Part shown: in pieces, positions 1 to 9,111 of the stretch
Layout of the letters: every line of letters begins with the position of its first letter
How positions within the stretch are numbered: position 1 is the stretch's first letter
DNA from: Acidobacteriota bacterium
GTDB lineage: Bacteria > Acidobacteriota > UBA890 > WLXD01
NCBI GenBank assembly: GCA_965248695.1
Contig: CBDFKD010000002.1
Location: 5,056,001-5,120,000, forward strand
Length of the DNA: 64,000 nucleotides
Reading direction: 5' to 3'
Notes under the pieces: model-generated
Databases searched by the model: none
The model's input: only the letters and a program-made list of their open reading frames with translations
Told to the model about the DNA's origin: nothing
Program-made: the position numbers and the translations under genes

Positions 1-714
1 GGTACTGGCGGTGCTCGGGGTCCAGCCCGACGGCCAGAAGGTGTTGGTAGCGTTGCAGTTGGCGGTCTCGGAGGCAGCGGTGCACTGGCAAGGACTGATC
101 GAGTCGCTGGTGAGACGAGGGCTGCAGGCGCCGGAGGTGCTGATCGCCGACGGCCACAAGGGCCTGGCCAAGGCGATCGAGGTATGGCCCGATGTGTCGG
201 TGCAGCGGTGCACACAACACAAGTGGAGCAACTTACGCGACCACTGCCCGGTTCATGCACGTGCGGAGATGAAGCGGGACTGGGATGCGATCGTCCGGGC
301 CGATGACGGCAACCAGGCCAGAGCCGCCTACGCCGCCTTCGTACGCAAGTGGTCGACCCTCGTGCCCGCCGTGGCCCGGAGCCTGCAGGAGGCCGGCTTG
401 AACCTGCTGACTTTCTACCAGTTCCCGAAGCCGATGTGGAAGACGCTGCGCACCACCAACGCCCTCGAGAACCTGAACCGGGAGTTCCGTCGTCGTACCA
501 AGACGCAGGGCTCGTTCTCGACCGAGGCCGCTGGGGTGACGTTGCTGTGGAGCCTGGTCGCCTTCGGCCAGATCCGCATGCGACGCATCGATGGCCACCG
601 GTTCTTGGCTCAGCTCACGTGCGGCCCCGACAAACAGGCCGCCTAACCGATAGGATCATCCGTCGTCGCGGAGGAGACGCTCATCCAATTTCCACGACAT
701 TCGGGGCACATCCC
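1..714 (+). mobile_element. IS256-family insertion sequence, right part (runs off window start)
   Basis: The transposase C-terminus is followed by an IS256-like right terminal sequence, CAATTTCCACGACATTCGGGGCACATCCC (686-714). Directly after it, coding sequence of a truncated PAS-GGDEF-EAL gene resumes. The exact boundary is inferred because the left end is not in the window. Confidence 0.8.
2..646 (+). CDS. IS256/Mutator-family transposase, 5'-partial
   Basis: LIADGHKGL (DDE Asp), QRCTQHK (CxxH) and TTNALENLNREFRRRTK (Glu) motifs. The frame is open to the window edge. Confidence 0.92.
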   Translation, partial: VLAVLGVQPDGQKVLVALQLAVSEAAVHWQGLIESLVRRGLQAPEVLIADGHKGLAKAIEVWPDVSVQRCTQHKWSNLRDHCPVHARAEMKRDWDAIVRADDGNQARAAYAAFVRKWSTLVPAVARSLQEAGLNLLTFYQFPKPMWKTLRTTNALENLNREFRRRTKTQGSFSTEAAGVTLLWSLVAFGQIRMRRIDGHRFLAQLTCGPDKQAA

Positions 715-730
715 GGAACTGTACGAGCGG

Positions 731-2440
731 ATGCTCGAAGACGCCGGCCTCGCCCACTGGGAGTCGCCCGACGCGACCGAGAAGGTGATGGACTTCTCTC
801 AGCGTTCCAAGGAGCTTCTGAGGCTCCCCTGGGCGACGAGCAGATGCGCCGAGCGCGAGTTCATGGAGCGGGTGCTTGCCAGCGATCGCGGAGAGTTAGA
901 AGCGGTGCGCACGAAGGCCCGGGAGTTTGGCCGCGCATACACCATCGAGTATCAACTCTACGATCGCAACGATGACACGCTGTTCGTCATAGAGCGTGGC
1001 GAGATGCTCCGGGACGACCGCGACCGCGAGCCGAAGCTGGTCGCCACATGTCAGGACATCACTGCCCGTCGCAAGAGCGAGGAGCGGATCGAACGGCTGG
1101 CGAACTCCGATGCGCTCACCGGGCTACCGAATCGGCGTCTGCTCGACGACCGTTTCCAGCAAGCACTTCACCGGGCCGGCCGCCAAGAGCGACCGCTAGC
1201 GTGTCTGTTCCTGGATCTGGATCGTTTCAAGCAGGTCAACGACAGTCTCGGGCACTCGGCCGGCGACGAGTTGCTCGCCGAGGCGGCGAAGCGCCTACTA
1301 GGCTGCGTACGCGACGTCGACACCGTGGCCAGGTTCAGTGCGGAGATCGAGCCGACGGTGGCGCGCTTCGGGGGCGACGAGTTCGTCATCCTGCTCGAGG
1401 CGATGCGCAACGAAGACGACGCAGAATTGGTGGCTCGGCGCATCCAAGAGCTGTTTGCTTTCCCATTCTCCATCGGCGGCTACGATGATCTCCGAGTAAC
1501 ACCGAGTGTCGGGATCTCTCTGTTCCCGCGCGACGGTACGGACTCCGAGACGTTGCTCAAGCACGCCGACGCGGCGATGTATGAGGCCAAGGAGCGTGGC
1601 GGCAAGGACTACAGCTTCTTCAGCCAGGAGATCGACGACAAAGCGCAACGCCGGCTTTCCATCGAACAGGCGTTGCACCGTGCGCTCGACAACAACGAGT
1701 TCTTTCTCCACTACCAGCCGCTGTTCTCGGCCGCTGACGGGAGCCTCACTGGAGTCGAGGCGCTGCTGAGGTGGACCGGTCCGGAACACGGCATGGTCTC
1801 GCCTGCGGAGTTCCTGCCGATCGCTGAAGACACCACCCTGATCCTGGCCATCGGCGATTGGGTGTTGGAGCGGTCCTGCGCCGATTGGCGGGCTCTCTTC
1901 GACGCGGGGGTTCCACCGCTGCGAGTAGCGGTCAATATCTCGGCGCTGCAGCTGCGGCGTGGTGACCTCGTGGCGCGCATTCGATCCGTACTCGGCAGCA
2001 CCGGCTTCCCGGCGCAGTGCCTCGAGCTCGAGCTTACCGAGAGCCTTCTCATTGGCGACGCTTTCCACGTCCACGACGCGCTGGACAAGCTCAAGGAGTT
2101 GGATGTCAACATCGCCCTCGACGACTTCGGCACCGGCTACTCATCGCTGAGCGTCCTCAAGCAGTTTCCTATCGATCGAATCAAGATCGACCGCTCGTTT
2201 ATCAGGAACCTGACCGTCCACCCCGAAAACGAGAGCATTGTCAGCGCCATCATCGCGATGGCCGCCGGGTTGCGGATGCAGGTGAGCGCCGAGGGCGTCG
2301 AGCTCGACGAGCAGCTGAGCTTTCTCCGTAAGCGCGGCTGCGATGAAGTCCAGGGGTATCTGCTGGGGCACCCGCTGCCACTGGAGGAGCTGGTAGAGCA
2401 GCTCTTCGATCCTGACATTCGCTTGCCGGTGGCCTCCTGA
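731..2440 (+). CDS. PAS/PAC-GGDEF-EAL c-di-GMP enzyme, probably N-terminally truncated by the IS
   Basis: PAC ending QDITARR, DALTGLPNR, DLDRFKQVND, RFGGDEF, VEALLRW, DDFGTGYSSL, KIDRSF, EGVE, QGY. In-frame ELYER- upstream of the Met reaches the IS end, and there is no obvious SD. Confidence 0.9.
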   Translation: MLEDAGLAHWESPDATEKVMDFSQRSKELLRLPWATSRCAEREFMERVLASDRGELEAVRTKAREFGRAYTIEYQLYDRNDDTLFVIERGEMLRDDRDREPKLVATCQDITARRKSEERIERLANSDALTGLPNRRLLDDRFQQALHRAGRQERPLACLFLDLDRFKQVNDSLGHSAGDELLAEAAKRLLGCVRDVDTVARFSAEIEPTVARFGGDEFVILLEAMRNEDDAELVARRIQELFAFPFSIGGYDDLRVTPSVGISLFPRDGTDSETLLKHADAAMYEAKERGGKDYSFFSQEIDDKAQRRLSIEQALHRALDNNEFFLHYQPLFSAADGSLTGVEALLRWTGPEHGMVSPAEFLPIAEDTTLILAIGDWVLERSCADWRALFDAGVPPLRVAVNISALQLRRGDLVARIRSVLGSTGFPAQCLELELTESLLIGDAFHVHDALDKLKELDVNIALDDFGTGYSSLSVLKQFPIDRIKIDRSFIRNLTVHPENESIVSAIIAMAAGLRMQVSAEGVELDEQLSFLRKRGCDEVQGYLLGHPLPLEELVEQLFDPDIRLPVAS

Positions 2441-2588
2441 CTCCTGGACGTACCATCGGCTGGTTGCGCTTTGCGCCGACCTACCTCGCGTACCGTCCGA
2501 GGTTGCCCACAAGACGGTTGCCTCGCGTCGAAGGGCGGGTGATGCTTCGCGCTCGAGATCGCTCGCTTGTCAGGAGCGCACCACATCG

Positions 2589-2825
2589 ATGAACGGTATG
2601 ACCGCCAAACGGGTTCGCGAGCTACGCGGTACGGACACCGGCGCTGCGTTCGGTGAGCGAGTCCGGCTCGAGCTGGCCGACCTGCTCGCGGTACCCCTCA
2701 GCAACATTCCTAAGGTGAGCTATACACAGGTCTCGCGTTGGGAGAGTCGTGGCCTCGATCCGAGCACCGGGAAGATCTCGACGCTGGTCTACCTGGCGGC
2801 GCTACGGCGCTTGCGTCGGCGATAG
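2589..2825 (+). CDS. small XRE/Cro-like HTH protein, atypical
   Basis: RVRELR..T.AAFGERV and VSYTQVSRWE resemble XRE helices 1-3. An AGGAG lies upstream. Confidence 0.5.
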   Translation: MNGMTAKRVRELRGTDTGAAFGERVRLELADLLAVPLSNIPKVSYTQVSRWESRGLDPSTGKISTLVYLAALRRLRRR

Positions 2826-2885
2826 ACGGACGTCGGTGGCGAAGCGCAAGAGCTTCGTAGGTCCACCTTCACTTCCGCGACGGCG

Positions 2886-4304
<1,419 letters not shown>

Positions 4305-4315
4305 TCAACCCGAGG

Positions 4316-4344
4316 ATCGTAGCAAGAGCCCAACGGGTCAACAA
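4316..4344 (-). promoter_or_regulatory. putative sigma70 promoter of purA
   Basis: Minus strand TTGTTG-17 bp-TACGAT, with an extended -10 TG. Confidence 0.4.
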
Positions 4345-4448
4345 GCAGCCGGTATGCTACGCATCTGCCGCCAACTCGGCGGCCGGTCCCGGGCGCGACG
4401 GTCGTTGCCGTGCGCTCATTTGATCTTGCCCCGCCTGCTCGACAACCG

Positions 4449-4652
4449 ATGAATCTTGACTGGAAGCTCATCTGGATCGCCTTCGGCCTCGTGCTCATCA
4501 TCGAGGGGCTGCCGTACTTCCTCTTCCCGGAACGGGCCGTTGCGCTGCTGCGCCAGCTGGAGGACGCCGGGCCTGGACCGTTGCGGCTGTTCGGCTTTCT
4601 GGCAATGATGGCCGGGGTAGTGTTCCTTCTTGTCGGGCGCTGGCTTGCGTGA
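4449..4652 (+). CDS. DUF2065 (YjeT-like) small membrane protein
   Basis: AFGLVLIIEGLPYFLFP...LRLFG...G pattern with two TM helices. The family is commonly found near purA. Confidence 0.85.
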   Translation: MNLDWKLIWIAFGLVLIIEGLPYFLFPERAVALLRQLEDAGPGPLRLFGFLAMMAGVVFLLVGRWLA

Positions 4653-4670
4653 CGGACTAGCGATGGAGCG

Positions 4671-6176
4671 ATGGTGATCGAGATCGATGGTCTCAACCTG
4701 CGGTTGGCCGAGGTGGAACGCGTGGCGAGATCGGCCGGGCCCGCGGTCCAGCTCGCCGCGGCCGCGCGTGAGGCCATGGATCGTACGCGAGAGCACGTCG
4801 ACGCCATCGTGGAGTCGGGTGAGCCAGCCTATGGCGTGAACACCGGCTTCGGGCACTTCGCCGAAGTCAGCGTGCCGCCCGACCGGGTGCGTGAGCTACA
4901 GCTGAACCTGGTGCGATCGCATGCCGTGGGCACGGGCGAGCCCCTGCCGCCAGAGGCAGTGAGGGCGCTGCTGCTGTTGCGCGCCAACGTCATGGCGCGA
5001 GGTGCTTCGGGAGTGCGACCCGCAGTAGCGGATCAGATGCTCGGCCTGCTGCGAGCCGACGCGCTTCCGGTGGTGCCTCGTCAGGGCTCGGTCGGCGCGT
5101 CGGGCGACCTCGCGCCGCTGGGGCACCTGGCTTTGGTCCTCATTGGTGAGGGCGACGCCACGATCGATGGCGAGCGCGTGTCGGGCGCTGACGCGCTGCG
5201 CCATGCCGGGCTGGAGCCGCTGGAGCTTCTGGCTAAGGAAGGACTGGCGTTGCTGAACGGCACGCAGGTGATGACTGCCCTTGGTGTGCTTGCCAGCGCC
5301 GAGCTGTTGCGGCTCTGCAGCATTGCCAACGTCGCCGGTGCTCTGAGTCTGGAGGCGCTGCGCGGCAAGACAGGGCCGTTCGATCCCGTAGTGGCAGAGC
5401 TGCGACGTCACCCCGGACAGGCGGTGTGCGCCGATGAGCTACGCCACCTGCTACACGAGAGCGAGCTGGCGAACAGCGATGCGACACGGGTGCAGGACTG
5501 CTACTCGCTGCGCTGTATGCCGCAGGTGCACGGTGCCGCGGTCGATGCTTGCGAGGCCGTACGGCGGGTGCTCCGAATAGAAGTGAACTCGGCGACCGAC
5601 AACCCGCTCGTGCTCGCGGATGGCCGCCTGCTCAGCTGTGGCAATTTTCACGGGCAGCCAGTAGCCCAGGCGCTCGACTGGTTGGCGATGGCGGCCGCCG
5701 ACCTAGCGTCAATCTGTGAGCGCCGCATCAACCGGCTATTGAACCCCAACCTGTCTGGTCTGCCGGCGTTCCTGGTGCGCGACGGCGGAGTGCGGTCCGG
5801 ATATCTGCTGGTGCAGACCGCCGCCGCGTCGCTGGTATCCGAGACACGAACGCTGGCAGCGCCCGCCAGCATCGACAGCATCCCGACCTCGGCCGATCAG
5901 GAAGATCATGTGTCGATGGGCGTCTGGAGCGGCTGGAAGGCGATGCTGGCGGTGGTGAACTGCCGCCGGGTGGTGGCCATGGAGTTACTTTGCGCTGCGG
6001 AGGCAGTGAGCTTCCATTCCCCCGCGGTTCCGGCTCCGAGGCTGGGAGAAGCGCACGCCTGGGTACGGCAGGAGGCGGCAGCCCTCGACGCCGACCGCTC
6101 GCTCGCGGCGGATATCGAGAATCTGGCGAATCGCCTGGTCGATGACACGCTGCTCGCCCGGGTCGCGCTACGGTGA
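4671..6176 (+). CDS. hutH: histidine ammonia-lyase
   Basis: YGVNTGFG, LVRSHA (HAL-type SH), GSVGASGDLAPL (MIO), KEGLALLNGTQ, QDCYSLRC, QEDHVSMG. Confidence 0.92.
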   Translation: MVIEIDGLNLRLAEVERVARSAGPAVQLAAAAREAMDRTREHVDAIVESGEPAYGVNTGFGHFAEVSVPPDRVRELQLNLVRSHAVGTGEPLPPEAVRALLLLRANVMARGASGVRPAVADQMLGLLRADALPVVPRQGSVGASGDLAPLGHLALVLIGEGDATIDGERVSGADALRHAGLEPLELLAKEGLALLNGTQVMTALGVLASAELLRLCSIANVAGALSLEALRGKTGPFDPVVAELRRHPGQAVCADELRHLLHESELANSDATRVQDCYSLRCMPQVHGAAVDACEAVRRVLRIEVNSATDNPLVLADGRLLSCGNFHGQPVAQALDWLAMAAADLASICERRINRLLNPNLSGLPAFLVRDGGVRSGYLLVQTAAASLVSETRTLAAPASIDSIPTSADQEDHVSMGVWSGWKAMLAVVNCRRVVAMELLCAAEAVSFHSPAVPAPRLGEAHAWVRQEAAALDADRSLAADIENLANRLVDDTLLARVALR

Positions 6177-6925
6177 GCCGTACGGTGCCGAACGTCTGCC
6201 GTATCGGAGGCGTGTCCGTGGGGCTGCTGGCGGTGCTCGCCTGCGGAGCCGAATCGGTTGCGGCGCAGCGGACTTACGAGATCATCGACGACCTCGCAGC
6301 GCATGACTTCGGCGCGGCGTCGAGCCGTTATCGGATGTACGAGTCGGAGGTGTTGTCGCTCGAGGCGGCGCCGGTCTGGCGACGGGCGCTGGCGCACGAA
6401 GATGCCACCGTACGGGAATGGGCAGTAGACGCCCTGTCACGTGCCGGCGCCGCCGAGGACGTGGCTCGCATCACCGAGGTGCTCGACGACAGCTCGCGGG
6501 GCGTGCGACAGCAAGCCCTCGACGGGTTGATCCGCCTGGATCCGAGCGCCGCAGATCAGGCGTTCCGCGAGCGGCTCGACCGGTCGGCGCCCGAGCAAGT
6601 GGCACTGGCGGCGCAGGGTCTGGCGCAGCTCGGCGCGCAGGGAGCAGCCGTAGCGATTCTGAGGCGCGCCTTCGACGAGGAGTTGCCGGCGAGCACTCGC
6701 GGCGCGCTGATGCAGCCGCTGGCGGCTCTCGGCGACGCCGCAGTGGTGGGAGATCTGGTCGATCTGGCGCTCGACAGCGATGCGGATGTGCAGTTGCGGC
6801 GTCTGGCGGCCGAGGCTGTCGTCGCCATCGAGACGGCTGATCCCAGGGTTGCGCTGCGACGGCTGGCGACGGCGAACGACGAGTACATCCAGGCGCTCGG
6901 CGAGCGGGGGCTCGAACTCCAGTAG
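6173..6925 (+). CDS. exported HEAT-repeat protein
   Basis: N-terminal hydrophobic stretch ending VAA/Q. Repeated D..VR..A..AL units. GTGA overlap with hutH. Confidence 0.7.
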   Translation: MSRTVPNVCRIGGVSVGLLAVLACGAESVAAQRTYEIIDDLAAHDFGAASSRYRMYESEVLSLEAAPVWRRALAHEDATVREWAVDALSRAGAAEDVARITEVLDDSSRGVRQQALDGLIRLDPSAADQAFRERLDRSAPEQVALAAQGLAQLGAQGAAVAILRRAFDEELPASTRGALMQPLAALGDAAVVGDLVDLALDSDADVQLRRLAAEAVVAIETADPRVALRRLATANDEYIQALGERGLELQ

Positions 6926-6952
6926 ATCAGGGAGTCGCGGGCGAGGCGGAAC

Positions 6953-7912
6953 CTATTTGCCTGCCACGGGCAGCGGCAGGCGCGACTGGATTGCCGTCAC
7001 TGCTGCTGCGGCGGCGGCGTGATGATTGTCCAGCAGAGCCCATAGCCAGCTGCCGCCGGTGTCGTCGTGGACATCACATACGTGGAGCCCGGAGCGACTG
7101 GCAACGCGCGCCGGCGAATCGATGATCTCACCATCGGCGTCGGTGGTGTCCACCAGGATTCCACCACTACGGAGCGTATCCCGCAGCTCATCGGCCGCCA
7201 CCCCACGAAGGTAGATGCTGGCCGCAGTACCGTGGAATACGGAAGCCCTCAGTGCCGTGAGAGCCGGCGCCGGAACTCCCAGGGCGGCGAGCTGCTGACG
7301 GATCGCTTCGGCGGCGCCCGCCGGCGGCGTGGCGTCGGGCCAGGTATCGAATGCGAGGCGGCGCCCGAAGGTCTCGTCCGTGCCGTCCCCGAAGTTGAGC
7401 ATTGCCGTGGCCTGCTTGGCCAGCTCCTCGGTGCCGGGGTCGGACAGCTCGGAGGCCGGAAGCATCAGGATTGCGACGCCGTTTGCGAGGCGCGCGCCGA
7501 TGCCGACCGACAGGGTGGCGAGCAGAAGCGTCCCAGCGTGCGGCACGGCGAGGAATCCGGTCGCTGCTGGACTGCCGGCCGCATCGATCAGCGTGACGTC
7601 TGCGGCGGAGGCGTGGGCACCGGTGCAATCGATGACCGTGCCACCAGCGGCGACCACCACGGGCGCGAACCGCTGCGTGGCTCCTGGATCACCACAGAAA
7701 CACACCAGCCCATGCTGGCGTAGGGAGTCCTCGCCGGCCTCCAGAACGACGCGGGCCTCGTTGCTGTACTTGGTTACCAGGCCGATCTGGTCTTCTAGAT
7801 CGAGGAGCTCGATGGCGCCGCCCGGGTAGCCGACCTGGGCGAGCATGTCCTTCAGGTCGCCGCCAAGGACGCTCGAGGAGCCTACCAAGGCCAGCGTTGC
7901 AGATGCACTCAT
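6953..7912 (-). CDS. aspartate-semialdehyde dehydrogenase-like (Asd/Usg) protein, catalytic residues not conserved
   Basis: N-terminal Rossmann strand LALVG, VIDCT, RLAFD, RASVFHG, W.LLDN. The NPNC catalytic Cys is replaced by VPHA. Confidence 0.75.
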   Translation of the reverse strand: MSASATLALVGSSSVLGGDLKDMLAQVGYPGGAIELLDLEDQIGLVTKYSNEARVVLEAGEDSLRQHGLVCFCGDPGATQRFAPVVVAAGGTVIDCTGAHASAADVTLIDAAGSPAATGFLAVPHAGTLLLATLSVGIGARLANGVAILMLPASELSDPGTEELAKQATAMLNFGDGTDETFGRRLAFDTWPDATPPAGAAEAIRQQLAALGVPAPALTALRASVFHGTAASIYLRGVAADELRDTLRSGGILVDTTDADGEIIDSPARVASRSGLHVCDVHDDTGGSWLWALLDNHHAAAAAAVTAIQSRLPLPVAGK

Positions 7913-7945
7913 GCCTTGGTGAGCAGCCTTGTCGAGATCAGGACG

Positions 7946-8182
7946 TCAGTGTCCGATCTTGGCGAACTCCGTGTCGCGCGCCAACAGCGCCATGCGATCT
8001 TTGACCAGGAGCTTGCGCTTCTTGACGACGCTTTCTTCGAACCAATCCTGCTGGGTAAAAGGTCTTCGGTTGGCAATCTGCTCGAGTTGTTGCTCATACT
8101 GTCGATGCTCTTCATCCAAGCGCCTGAGTTCGTCGTCAGAGTTCGTCAGGCAGGCCCGGTGTTCGGTCTCGAGCAGCTCCAT
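7946..8182 (-). CDS. DUF465/YdcH-family small helical protein
   Basis: L.EEH..YE..L...E..KKRKL.VKD.M pattern. Strong AAGGAGG SD. Confidence 0.85.
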   Translation of the reverse strand: MELLETEHRACLTNSDDELRRLDEEHRQYEQQLEQIANRRPFTQQDWFEESVVKKRKLLVKDRMALLARDTEFAKIGH

Positions 8183-8247
8183 ACCTATCCTCCTTGTTGC
8201 AGGTTGGAAGGCTGAGTCGCGCTATCGTACCACGCAGCCAGCCGGCC

Positions 8248-9000
8248 TCAATTCGAGTCTCGTGCCGTCGCATCGCTCTCCCGCCGCGCGGCAGTCTCGG
8301 CCATCTCGCGTAAGGGTGAGGGGCCGGGCACTGCGTCAGCTGGACGGATGTAAAAAGGCGCCAGGGCCGGCAGGCTGGCTGCGGCAGCGCGGGCTGCCAG
8401 CGTTGCAACGGCGATCGCCAGGGGCGCAGTATCCACCGGCCGCGTAGCCCCCACGAGGCGATCGTCGATCCGCGCACCGCTGCCCGCCGACACCGGTCGA
8501 ATGTCCTCGATCCGGGCGATCAGCTCGGGGGGCGTCACTAGCGCAGGGCCCCACTCGAAAGACATCCCGGCGGCCGGGAGGCTTTCGGCTGCGCTCAGTG
8601 CCGCGTAGAGCTGGCCGCGCCGCGCGTCGACCACCGCCAGCACCTGACCGGCGGCAGACTCGGCTGCCATGCCGGTCGCCTCGACCAAGGCCTCGAGCGT
8701 CGTAACGCCGACGGTGGCGGCGCCGATGCCCCTGGCCAGCCCAGCCGCCGTAGCGATGCCGACGCGAATTCCCGTGAAGGTCCCCGGGCCGATGCTGGAG
8801 GCAATGCGGTCGAGCTGTGCCAACGACAACCCAGCGGTCTCGAGGACGGATTCGATGCCATCGAGGATCCACGCGTCCGTCTGCGGCCCGAAGGGCCCGG
8901 TGGTGCTGGCGAGCACCTCACCACCGCGCACCAAGGCGACGCTGGCCGGTGGTGTGGCCGCGTCCAGGCCGAGGACGACAGGGCTCGACGATTCGGTCAT
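8248..9000 (-). CDS. tsaB: tRNA threonylcarbamoyladenosine biosynthesis protein TsaB
   Basis: LGLDAAT..SVAL, GPGTFTGIRVG, VDARRGQLY, P.YIRP.DA. Start reset to MTESS. Confidence 0.92.
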   Translation of the reverse strand: MTESSSPVVLGLDAATPPASVALVRGGEVLASTTGPFGPQTDAWILDGIESVLETAGLSLAQLDRIASSIGPGTFTGIRVGIATAAGLARGIGAATVGVTTLEALVEATGMAAESAAGQVLAVVDARRGQLYAALSAAESLPAAGMSFEWGPALVTPPELIARIEDIRPVSAGSGARIDDRLVGATRPVDTAPLAIAVATLAARAAAASLPALAPFYIRPADAVPGPSPLREMAETAARRESDATARDSN

Positions 9001-9111
9001 CGTGCTCGGACCCGGACGACGGGCGCGGCGGTGGTTTGCGGCATGCGTGGTAACCTTCCGCTCCCGCTGCGATGCCGGCTCGGGCGCCCCGCCGCTACTG
9101 CATAAAGGATC

